Below, piece after piece: positions 26,833-34,608 of a stretch of DNA of 64,000 nucleotides; the first letter of the stretch is position 1, and each line of letters starts with the position of its first letter. Both the position numbers and the translations under genes were made by a program. This DNA is from an uncultured Thermotogae bacterium. Its GTDB lineage: Bacteria > Bipolaricaulota > Bipolaricaulia > RBG-16-55-9. The notes under the pieces were generated by a model. It was not told the DNA's origin, searched no databases, and worked only from the letters and a program-made list of their open reading frames with translations. The DNA lies in contig CAZMNF010000004.1 of the NCBI GenBank assembly GCA_964567595.1, positions 3,744 to 67,743 on the forward strand, given 5' to 3'.

Positions 26833-27897
26833 TCACAACGGCGCCAGGGTGAACACGACGGGATAGAGCCCGCCGGAACGAATGTTGCGCTCCGCCAGGG
26901 GCGTCAGCTCGTTCATAGCAAACAGGGCGCGGCGCAGCGTCTCCGCTCGCGGCGTCAGCAGAACGACGCGGCCGTGCTGCGCCACGACCTGGGCCGCGCC
27001 ATGGAGAAAGCCCGAATACAGCCCCTTGAGATAGCTCGTCTTGCCCATGCGGATGCCGTAGGGCGGATTGGCCACGATCCGCTCCACGGAGGCGTCCAGA
27101 TGTTGGGACAAGGCTCGGGCGTCCAGCTCGCGGAACGCGATCCGCTCCTGCACGCCCGCCGCCTCGGCGTTCCGGCGGGCCCCCTCGAGGAACGACGAAT
27201 CCACGTCGCCGGCGATGACGCGGACGTCTGGCCAGGCTTGGGCCGCCTCGATGGCGATCGTTCCGCCGCCGCAGAACGGATCCAGGAACGTTTCGCCCGG
27301 TTGGAGCTCGGCCAAGCGCAACATCGCGTAGGCCAAGGGGGCTTTCGTGCCCGCGGGGTGGTCAAAGGGGCGGTCGAAGCGCTGCCGGTGGAGCGACTCG
27401 TCAGTGGCCTGCACGCTCAGCTCGCAGCGGACGCCGATGACGTCACAGCGGACGTCGACGTCGTAGTTCTCCAGGTCGACGTCGGTTCCGTACCGGTCCA
27501 CGAGGGCTTGGCCGACGACCTCCTGGAGGTCGATCGAGGTGTAGCTGTGCTCGCCCGAGCGCTGGCCGGTCACGCGGAAGGTGCGCGCCGATGCCATCTC
27601 GGGGATGTCGATCGTTCGGACCGCGTCGCGAATCTCGCGCAGGCCCGACGCGTCCGACGCGACGCGGAACCCGGTGAGAAATCGGGCAACGTGATACGGC
27701 GAGCGGAGCTGGGCGATCCGCGCCTCCGGGGCGTCCGTGTCGACGACCACGCGACCCCGCATCCCCATCTGTTGGTCCTGGACGCGGGCACGGAGCTTTT
27801 CCGTCGCCTCCGCGGCGACGATGTCTTCCAGCCCGGGGTTGGTGGTAAGCAGCCACTCCATGGACCTATCGTAGGGCATGGCCCGCCCGTCGGCCAT
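26833..27897 (-). CDS. THUMP-domain SAM-dependent RNA (guanine-N2) methyltransferase
   Basis: A THUMP-like N-terminal half is followed by the methyltransferase motif I LDPFCGGGTIAIEAA and motif IV IVANPPYG. The start may be an internal ATG (27879 or 27861). Confidence 0.75.
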   Translation of the reverse strand: MADGRAMPYDRSMEWLLTTNPGLEDIVAAEATEKLRARVQDQQMGMRGRVVVDTDAPEARIAQLRSPYHVARFLTGFRVASDASGLREIRDAVRTIDIPEMASARTFRVTGQRSGEHSYTSIDLQEVVGQALVDRYGTDVDLENYDVDVRCDVIGVRCELSVQATDESLHRQRFDRPFDHPAGTKAPLAYAMLRLAELQPGETFLDPFCGGGTIAIEAAQAWPDVRVIAGDVDSSFLEGARRNAEAAGVQERIAFRELDARALSQHLDASVERIVANPPYGIRMGKTSYLKGLYSGFLHGAAQVVAQHGRVVLLTPRAETLRRALFAMNELTPLAERNIRSGGLYPVVFTLAPL

Positions 27898-27983
27898 GTC
27901 GCGCCCTTGCTTGCAAACCGCCGGACCGTCAGGGACGATGGACGAGGCCGCACTTTCGACCCCATCAACTGAGGTGACCCCCG

Positions 27984-28364
27984 ATGAAGCTGAACGTGAT
28001 CTACCCGAAGGCGTTTGCGGACGAAGGCCAGGTCAACCTGTCCGCCGTCCCGCCGGAGCGCGAATTCGAGGAGAACGACGACCACCTTGCCGCGGAAATC
28101 CAGCTGCACGACGGGTCCTACTACGTCGGGCTCAATGGCGAGCACAAGATCGGCGTCTTCCCCACAGAGCCGCGCATGACCGACGGCCACGTCTACGTGC
28201 GCCTCGACGTCGAGGGCAACACCGCGACCGTCCACAACTACGGCGGCACCCGCCTGGGCGAACAGGACTTGGGCCCCGGCGAGTCGGTCTCGCTGGACCA
28301 GGGAGACACGCTCGGGTTCCCGCACAAAGGCGAAACGGCCTGGTCCGTCCGCCGGGCGGAGTGA
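27984..28364 (+). CDS. hypothetical protein (possible FHA-like fold)
   Basis: ATG lies 7 nt after GAGGTGA. At 126 aa, the segment HDGSYYVGLNGEHKIGV...GDTLGF loosely resembles FHA beta-strands. The family assignment is weak. Confidence 0.45.
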   Translation: MKLNVIYPKAFADEGQVNLSAVPPEREFEENDDHLAAEIQLHDGSYYVGLNGEHKIGVFPTEPRMTDGHVYVRLDVEGNTATVHNYGGTRLGEQDLGPGESVSLDQGDTLGFPHKGETAWSVRRAE

Positions 28365-28420
28365 TGCAGCGCCTCGGGCGTCTGGCAGCAAGCGACGTTT
28401 GACGAGCCGGGCCAGCAGAT

Positions 28421-28440
28421 GCTACAATAAATGTTGTAGC
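28421..28440. repeat. AT-rich perfect hairpin GCTACAA-TAAATG-TTGTAGC between convergent genes
   Basis: A 7-bp inverted repeat in a locally AT-rich patch of a ~69% GC genome. It lies between the stops of convergent CDS 27984..28364 and 28562..28975. Confidence 0.3.
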
Positions 28441-28561
28441 GTTGAACATCTGGCCCGTCTCGCACTAACTTCCTAACGCCAACAGGCCGCTCGGACTGCC
28501 TTTGTCGCAAGGGCTCGTTTCGTCTTATCTGATGTTCTCGCCAACTTACGATTTGGGACAG

Positions 28562-28975
28562 TCAAGACCGGAGCCGACGGAGCGCGTCCTCGACGCGATC
28601 CAGAAGCGCCTCCCGTTCCTGACGCAGACGCATCAGGCGCCGCTCGAACTTGCGATGAACGGACTGGGGGATGTAGTCGGCAGGCAGCTTGGGCTCCTTG
28701 CCCCAATAGACCGTCCGGACCCGACCGTCCTGGTCTCGATATGAGGCGTAGGCGTACGGGCCGTGCTTCTGGCCTTGATTGCAGCGACAGTTCCGCTTGC
28801 CGCAGCGCACGTACTTGAAGTAGAGCTTGGCCTGCGGGGTCATCTCGCGCAACTCCAACCGCGCTCGCTCGATCTCCGCGTCCAGCTCGCCCAGACGGGC
28901 ATCGAGCTCATCGAGCGCCGCCAGGATGGCGCGCCGCATGGAGCTCAGTTGGCTAGGTTTGGGGTCGTCGGCCAT
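28562..28975 (-). CDS. coiled-coil protein with central Cys-rich zinc-ribbon-like motif (CGKRNCRC...HGPYAY), unknown function
   Basis: 137 aa with helical, heptad-like segments ILAALDELDARLGELDAEIERARLEL and RKFERRLMRLRQEREALLDRVEDALRRL. These flank YFKYVRCGKRNCRCNQGQKHGPYAYASY...VYWGK. Intergenic spaces of 197 and 350 bp isolate the gene. Confidence 0.5.
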   Translation of the reverse strand: MADDPKPSQLSSMRRAILAALDELDARLGELDAEIERARLELREMTPQAKLYFKYVRCGKRNCRCNQGQKHGPYAYASYRDQDGRVRTVYWGKEPKLPADYIPQSVHRKFERRLMRLRQEREALLDRVEDALRRLRS

Positions 28976-29326
28976 CGCAAATCTTGGCTATCATGAGCCA
29001 TCGCGTTCGATACGTTGTCAGCTAAGATAGCGCACGACGCCCTTCACGACAAGCTGCCACATTCAATGGGCTCAGCGCACGACATCGCCTGATCCAGATC
29101 ATTCCATCTGCTATTAAGCTGCCCTAAGCTCGAGCCCCTGGCGGTGATCGAGAGCCCATGACGTAACCCAACTGATCGCAAGCGCCTTGATCGAGGTCGG
29201 CCTCATCTTGTTGGGGTGGCTGAGCTTGCTGTCATGTCTGGTCGATCAGGCGGCCCATTTGGACGGGCAGAGGCGCACCGGACAGCATGTGAGAACGCGT
29301 GGAACACCGTCTGAGGAGGATGAGCA

Positions 29327-30073
29327 ATGGGCAAGCAACAGAATCAGAAGGCCAATCGGAGTGACAGCCGGGCAACCCAAAAGCAGGATCGAGATCAACA
29401 GGTGCAACGCCTGATCACCTACGTTGGCCTTGGCGCCGTGGCGTTGATCCTGGTCTTCGTGGGGATTTTCGTCCTGGACGACATCGGCTCGGGCATCACG
29501 GGCGAGACCGCGCTCAGCACCGAGGGCCAGCCGACCATGGGCGCGCCGGACGCGCCCGTGGAGGTCGTGGAGTTTGCCGACTTCAAGTGCCCGGCCTGCG
29601 CCGTCTTTAAAACCGACATCTTTCCCCAACTCAAGGCCAACTACATCGACACGGGCCGCATCCGCTTTTCCTTCTTGAACTTCCCGTTGCCCATCGGGGA
29701 GGACTCCTGGACTGCCGCCGTCGCGACCGAATGCGTCTATCATCAAGTGGGCAACGAGGCCTTTTGGGATTACTACAACGGGATCTTCGCCAACCAAGGC
29801 CCAGAACGCCAGGCCTGGGCAACGCCCGATCTGTTGGTCCAACTGGCTCAGGACTACATCAACCGGCCGATCGACTCGGGCGAGCTGCGCCGTTGCATCG
29901 TTGACGAGGACTATCGGACCGAGGCGGAGCGTGATCGCCAGATGGGCGTCAACGCCGAAATCCCGGGCACGCCGTCGATCTTCGTCGACGGCCAGAGGCT
30001 GAGCGACTTCCGCTACGGCACGATCGCCGGCGCCATCGATCAGGCTCTGGAACAGGCCAACGCCGCAGATTGA
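29327..30073 (+). CDS. DsbA-family thiol:disulfide oxidoreductase (membrane-anchored)
   Basis: ATG lies 6 nt after GAGGAGG. An N-terminal TM anchor is followed by a thioredoxin fold with the CPAC active site (FADFKCPACAVF) and a DsbA-like helical insert. Confidence 0.8.
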   Translation: MGKQQNQKANRSDSRATQKQDRDQQVQRLITYVGLGAVALILVFVGIFVLDDIGSGITGETALSTEGQPTMGAPDAPVEVVEFADFKCPACAVFKTDIFPQLKANYIDTGRIRFSFLNFPLPIGEDSWTAAVATECVYHQVGNEAFWDYYNGIFANQGPERQAWATPDLLVQLAQDYINRPIDSGELRRCIVDEDYRTEAERDRQMGVNAEIPGTPSIFVDGQRLSDFRYGTIAGAIDQALEQANAAD

Positions 30074-30580
30074 CCGTCGAGCTCGACACGTCGGTCGCGG
30101 TGACGATCCTCAATTAAACCGACCGATCAGCTCGGCAGCCGGCGATGACGGGCAGGCGATCCCGGTCGCGCCGGCCACCTTGGAAGCGCAAGTTGCCCCC
30201 CGATGCCCCGAACAACACCGTCTTCGGCGTGTGCAGCGACGGATCGGGGCCGGATTCCGTCGATATCGGGCTCGGCTTCACGGTAGAATGGCCCCCTCAT
30301 ATAGGAAAATTGGCCCGCGTTCGACGACGTCGTCGCGCTCGGACAACGCCCGCGACGAGGACACCGGATAATCCCGCCAACGTCTGGACAGTTCGAGATT
30401 CGAGCCGTCGCGTTACCTCGCACGCATGGCCCCAGCGTGATACCCTGATGCCACAAGCTGAGGCGCTTCATGGAGTGGCCCAGTCATGGCGAGGCTGGGT
30501 CACTCGGCGTCTCCCTTGGCGCGAGGCGATCGTTTGATCGTTCGTCCGTTCCCCGTGATGCGTTAGGAGCAAACCGACCC

Positions 30581-31276
30581 ATGAAAATTCTTGGCCTGAT
30601 CGGCGGCATGAGTTCCGAATCCACCGTGCCGTATTATCAGATCATCAATCGGACCGTGAACGAACGCCTGGGCGGGCACCACTCGGCCCGCCTCCTGCTC
30701 TACAACGTCGACTTCGCGCCCATCGTGGCCAGCCTCAACGAGGCCCGCTGGCCGGACGTCTTGAGCACCCTGGAATCGGCCGCCTGCGCCCTGGAGCGCG
30801 CAGGCGCCGAGGGGCTCGTCATCTGCACGAACACCATCCACGCCATCGCCCCGGATCTGGCCGCACGCATCGACATGCCCTTGCTGCACATCGTCGATCC
30901 CACAGCCGAAGCCGTGCGCCAAGCGGGCCTGGACACCGTGGGGCTGCTCGGCACGCGCTTCACCATGGAGGAGCCCTTCTTCCGCGAACGGCTGCGCGAC
31001 CAACACGAGATCGAGGCGATGACTCCGGACGAGGCCGAGCGCGAGCTCATCCATCGCGTGATCTACGACGAACTCTGCCGCGGCGTCGTTCGCGAGGAAT
31101 CCCGCCAGGCTTACCAGCGGATCATCGCCGACCTCGCCGCACAGGGTGCCCAAGGGATCATCCTCGGATGCACGGAGATCTCGCTGCTGATCGGCCCGAA
31201 CGACGCGTCCGTACCGACGTTCGACACCACCGAGCTCCACGCGCGATACGCCGCGAACTGGGCGCTGGCCGAATAG
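30581..31276 (+). CDS. aspartate/glutamate racemase family protein (Asp/Glu/hydantoin racemase)
   Basis: ATG 30581 follows AGGAGC. The family motifs are MKILGLIGGMSSESTVPYY and CTNTIH, with a second catalytic Cys region at GCTEISLL. The ORF-track start at 30470 is an extension. Confidence 0.8.
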   Translation: MKILGLIGGMSSESTVPYYQIINRTVNERLGGHHSARLLLYNVDFAPIVASLNEARWPDVLSTLESAACALERAGAEGLVICTNTIHAIAPDLAARIDMPLLHIVDPTAEAVRQAGLDTVGLLGTRFTMEEPFFRERLRDQHEIEAMTPDEAERELIHRVIYDELCRGVVREESRQAYQRIIADLAAQGAQGIILGCTEISLLIGPNDASVPTFDTTELHARYAANWALAE

Positions 31277-31315
31277 ACGTCAGCTCGCTCCCCAATGGAC
31301 AGACCCCGTTGATTG

Positions 31316-32179
31316 ATGCTCTGGCTTGTGCTCGCGTTCGGCTCAGCCCTTTTCGAGTCGCTCAAGGACCTGTTCAGCAAGAAGGGACTCCAACAGATCG
31401 ATCCCTACATCGTCGCCTGGGCGATGCCGCTCTACGCCCTTCCCTTTCTGCTGGCGACGTTGCCCGTCATCGAGGTTCCGGAGATCGGCCCCCGCTTCTG
31501 GCCGGCGCTCGCGGGCAGCGGCCTCATGAACGTCGGCGCGGCCGTGTTGTTCATGAAAGCCATTCAGCGGTCAGATCTCTCAGTTACTGTGCCGCTCGTG
31601 ACGTTTACGCCCATCTTTCTGCTCGCCACCTCGCCGATCATGGTGGGCGAATTCCCGCGCCCGCTCGGGCTGGCGGGCGTCGTGCTGATCGTGCTCGGCT
31701 CCTACGCGCTGCACCTGCGCGAATGGCGCAACGGCATCCTTGCGCCGTTTCGCGCCCTCTTGGCCGACCGCGGGCCGCAACTGATGCTCTTGGCCGCGTT
31801 GCTGTGGAGCGTCACGGCCAACTTCGACAAGATCGCGATCCAGGCCTCCTCGCCGCGCTTCTACGCCGTGGCGGTGATCGCGTTCGTGGCGACGGCGCTG
31901 GGCCCGATCGCGATCTGGCGCAGCCAGGGCCAGGCCCGTGTCGTTGTCACGCGCTGGCGGGCGTTATTGCCGGTGGGCTTCTTCGTCGCGCTGACGCTGA
32001 GCGTGCAGTTCACGGCGATCAGCCTGGCGCTGGTCGCCTACGTGATCGCCATTAAGCGCCTCAGCACGGTGCTCTCCGTGCTCTGGGGGCACCTCGTCTT
32101 CGGCGAGCGCGGCGTGGGCGAGCGGGCGCTCGGCGCGGGCGTGATGGTGGTTGGGGTGTTTCTGATTGCGGTGTCGTGA
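31316..32179 (+). CDS. EamA-family (DMT superfamily) transporter
   Basis: ~287 aa with 10 predicted TM helices and two EamA repeats. It ends with ...GVFLIAVS*. Its last 83 bp are duplicated at 33150..33232. Confidence 0.8.
   Translation: MLWLVLAFGSALFESLKDLFSKKGLQQIDPYIVAWAMPLYALPFLLATLPVIEVPEIGPRFWPALAGSGLMNVGAAVLFMKAIQRSDLSVTVPLVTFTPIFLLATSPIMVGEFPRPLGLAGVVLIVLGSYALHLREWRNGILAPFRALLADRGPQLMLLAALLWSVTANFDKIAIQASSPRFYAVAVIAFVATALGPIAIWRSQGQARVVVTRWRALLPVGFFVALTLSVQFTAISLALVAYVIAIKRLSTVLSVLWGHLVFGERGVGERALGAGVMVVGVFLIAVS
32097..32179. repeat. direct repeat copy 1 (83 bp, perfect), the native 3' end of the EamA gene
   Basis: Identical to 33150..33232. Degenerate similarity (4-6 mismatches) continues ~35 bp further upstream (32064-32096 versus 33117-33149). 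Identity stops exactly at the TGA. Confidence 0.85.
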
Positions 32180-32227
32180 TCACGACACCGCTCGAAATTC
32201 CGTCCTGTGCCGCCTCGCGACTGGAGA

Positions 32228-32255
32228 TTGACAAGGTCGAGGAAGGCGTTATGCT
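32228..32255 (+). promoter_or_regulatory. candidate promoter for the AbrB-type antitoxin operon (TTGACA-N16-TATGCT)
   Basis: A perfect -35 TTGACA at 32228-32233 and -10 TATGCT at 32250-32255. The transcript would begin at the start of the 105-nt repeated element. Confidence 0.4.
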
Positions 32256-32271
32256 GTTCCTAGACTAGGAA

Positions 32272-32380
32272 TTTACTGATCACCGCGAAAGACGGGTTAA
32301 GCGATGACCGCGACGTAGGCGCTAGCGGACATGGCGTCACTCGACTCATGCAGTGGTCAATAGTAATCACGGGGGCCTAC
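32272..32380 (+). repeat. ~105-nt repeated intergenic element, copy A (5' leader of the antitoxin gene)
   Basis: tactgatcaccgcgaaagacgggttaagcgatgaccgcgacgtaggcg...catgcagtggtcaatagtaatcac aligns at ~75% identity with 41828..41938 in the same orientation. It contains the 8-bp palindrome CGCTAGCG. Confidence 0.6.
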
Positions 32381-32381
32381 G

Positions 32382-32675
32382 ATGCCGATCGTCAAGATCA
32401 CCCGAAACCGCCAAGTCACGATCCCGAAGGAACTCTTTGAACAACTGGATCTCCACCAGGGGGCCTACGTCGAAATCTCGCGCGACGGCGATCAACTGAT
32501 CTTGCGGCCCAAGGAGCTGATCGACCGTCAACGTGAGGATGCGAAGCAAGCGTTCTTTGAGACCGTCGATCGTATCTGGGAACGCAACCGCGATGTCGAT
32601 CCCGAACGGATCGAACGGGAAGTCGAGAAGGCCCTCGATGAGGTACGCGATCGCGGGTCCGCGGACTCAGACTGA
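32382..32675 (+). CDS. AbrB/MazE/SpoVT-type antitoxin (swapped-hairpin DNA-binding domain)
   Basis: 97 aa with the N-terminus MPIVKITRNRQVTIPKELFEQLDLHQGAYVEI, a classic AbrB-N looped-hinge motif, and an acidic C-terminal tail. RBS GGGGGC. Confidence 0.75.
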   Translation: MPIVKITRNRQVTIPKELFEQLDLHQGAYVEISRDGDQLILRPKELIDRQREDAKQAFFETVDRIWERNRDVDPERIEREVEKALDEVRDRGSADSD

Positions 32676-32687
32676 CGCGGCAATCCG

Positions 32688-33116
32688 ATGGTCCGCGTCG
32701 TTCTCGACACGAACGTCCTCGTCAGCGCAACGATTTCTCCTGAAGGGGCATCAGCCCGCATCCTGCAAGTTTGGCGTGACGGTGACATTGAACTCGCGAC
32801 ATCGTTCCCCTTGCTGAGCGAGTTCAAAACCGTCCTCTCGCGTCCGCGCATCCAGAAGCATCAGTGGATGAGGACCGACGAGATCGACGCGCTACAGAAT
32901 GACCTACAGGATGCAGCGATCGTGGGGTCCGGCGAGCGGCTCGTCACCGTCATTGAGGATGATCCCGACGACGACTGGGTCCTCAACGCCGCGCTCGAAA
33001 CCGACGCAGACTTGATCATCAGCGGCGATCCACATCTCACCGACCTCCATCAATACGAAGGAATCGACATCCTCACCCCGACTGAGTTCATGGGACGTTT
33101 GGAGACTTCCGAATGA
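32688..33116 (+). CDS. PIN-domain toxin (VapC-like ribonuclease)
   Basis: 142 aa beginning VVLDTNVLVSA (first PIN Asp), with later conserved acidic residues (…EDDPDDDWVLNAAL…ISGD). It sits 12 nt after the antitoxin stop. Confidence 0.75.
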   Translation: MVRVVLDTNVLVSATISPEGASARILQVWRDGDIELATSFPLLSEFKTVLSRPRIQKHQWMRTDEIDALQNDLQDAAIVGSGERLVTVIEDDPDDDWVLNAALETDADLIISGDPHLTDLHQYEGIDILTPTEFMGRLETSE

Positions 33117-33149
33117 GCATGTTGCTGAGCGTCCTCTGAGGGCATCTCA

Positions 33150-33232
33150 TCTTCGGCGAGCGCGGCGTGGGCGAGCGGGCGCTCGGCGCGGGCGTGATGG
33201 TGGTTGGGGTGTTTCTGATTGCGGTGTCGTGA
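33150..33232. repeat. direct repeat copy 2 (83 bp, perfect), a displaced/pseudo 3' end of the EamA gene
   Basis: In frame it would read SMLLSVL*GHLIFGERGVGERALGAGVMVVGVFLIAVS*, a diverged, stop-interrupted copy of the EamA C-terminus. It begins immediately at the PIN gene stop. Confidence 0.85.
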
Positions 33233-33339
33233 GCAACATTCATTGGCACCAAAGACTTGCGTCAATCATCACCACGGTTGAATGGTGCCAGATGACGCAG
33301 GAGGTGATATCAATTCTCCGCTGGGCAATCCATGTCGAA

Positions 33340-34275
33340 AAGTAAGAGCACCTAACAAAACCGGGGGATGAGATGCTACGGTGGTCCCACGATGGCGAAG
33401 CCGTTACTGCCGGACGAGCTGTGGGCGGAGATCGAGCCGTTGCTGCCGCCGGAACCGCCAAAGCCGAAGGGCGGACGGCCGCGCATTTCGGATCGGGCGG
33501 CGCTGACCGGTATGCTGTTCGTGCTCAGAAGCGGGATCGCTTGGGAGCTGCTGCCCCAGGAGATGGGATGTGGCTCCGGGATGACCTGCTGGCGACGGCT
33601 ACAGGAATGGCACCAAGCTGGGGTGTGGGACGACCTCGTTCAGCTGTTGCAGCGCCGCCTGGGCGAGGCGGATCGGATCGATGGGAGCCGGGCATCGTTG
33701 GACGCCCAGAGCGTACCTGCTCCAAAAGGGGGCGAAAACCGGGCCGAACCCGACCGACCGCGGCAAGCGAGGCACGAAACACCACCTCCTCGTCGACCAC
33801 CACGGCCTCCCGCTCGGGGTGACGAGCTCCGGGGCGAACGTGCATGACTCCCGGATGCTGGAGGCGATCCTGGACGTCGTGACGCCTATCAAGAAACCGC
33901 GTCGCGGACGGCCTCGTAAGCGACCGAAGAAGCTGCATGCGGACAAAGCGTATGACGCGGAATCCTGCCGACGTGCCTGTGGCCATCGTGGCATTGTTCC
34001 CCGGATTGCGTGGCGTGGGGTCGAGATTTCCGCGAGACTCGGCCAACATCGCTGGATGGTGGAGCGGACCTTTGCTTGGCTCAACCGCTACCGGCGACTG
34101 CGGGTGCGGGATGAGCGACGGGCTGACATCCATGAAGCGTTCCTCAACCTGGGCTCGGCGCTCGTGTTGTTCAACCGGGTCCAAGAGTTCTGTTAGATGC
34201 TCTTAGCTTCGTGACGCTAGCTGAAAACAGAGTCATCGCTCCTTGACACCACTATCCCCCTTGATAAGCTGAATC
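33340..34275 (+). mobile_element. IS5-family (IS427/IS1031-group-like) insertion sequence; boundaries approximate
   Basis: It contains a two-ORF DDE transposase. The candidate imperfect terminal IRs are caaaaccgggggatgag (left) and ctatcccccttga (right). Possible TAA target duplication (cacctaa|...|taagctg). The ends were not rigorously determined. Confidence 0.4.
33392..34196 (+). CDS. IS5-family DDE transposase, split into orfA/orfB by a +1 frame change (programmed frameshift or indel)
   Basis: orfA is MAKPLLPDELWAEIEPLLPP...GRPRISDRAALTGMLFVLRSGIAWELLP (HTH). orfB is ...GTKHHLLVDHHGLPLGVTSSGANVHDSRML...HADKAYDAESCRRAC...MVERTFAWLNRYRRL (DDE_Tnp_1). The frames overlap around the CCAAAAGGGGGCG run at ~33722-33734, with orfB +1 relative to orfA. 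Confidence 0.75.
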
Positions 34276-34338
34276 GGAATCGTTTGCTCCGTCCTTATGC
34301 GCACGGACCGATTCTCACGATCGAAGGGAGGCAATGCC

Positions 34339-34608
34339 GTGGCCACCAAGAAGGTTGAACTCCACCTCCCCGAAGGCCTGTTCGACGCTCTGGGCGGTGA
34401 GAAAGACGCAGAACGGAAAGCCCTCCAGGCCTTACTGCTCTCCCTCATCCAAGAGGGGGAAGTCACCGCCTCATACGCGGCGGAAGTGCTCGGCATCAGC
34501 TATCACCAGATGTTGGATATCATGGCCGAGCACAACGTTGCGCTGGTCAACTACAGCCCGGACGAACTCGCAGAGGAGATTGAAAACCTGAACAAGCTTC
34601 TCGATTGA
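34339..34608 (+). CDS. UPF0175-family antitoxin-like protein
   Basis: GTG start 7 nt after AAGGGAGG, giving (M)ATKKVELHLPEGLFDALGGEKDAERKALQALLLSLIQEGEVTASYAAEVLGISYHQMLDIMAEHNV.... The family is usually paired with DUF3368 PIN-like toxins. Confidence 0.65.
   Translation: MATKKVELHLPEGLFDALGGEKDAERKALQALLLSLIQEGEVTASYAAEVLGISYHQMLDIMAEHNVALVNYSPDELAEEIENLNKLLD

Noticed and set aside
30127-30537. ORFs 30127..30471(-) and 30145..30537(+) in the long intergenic gap
   Set aside because: Both are Arg/Pro-rich with no RBS and overlap each other. They are more likely non-coding.
34334-34591. 85-aa ORF MPWPPRRLNSTS... after the strong RBS
   Set aside because: Wrong frame. The overlapping frame gives a clean UPF0175-family protein from GTG 34339 with the same RBS, and the 85-aa product is Ser/Arg/Pro-rich nonsense.
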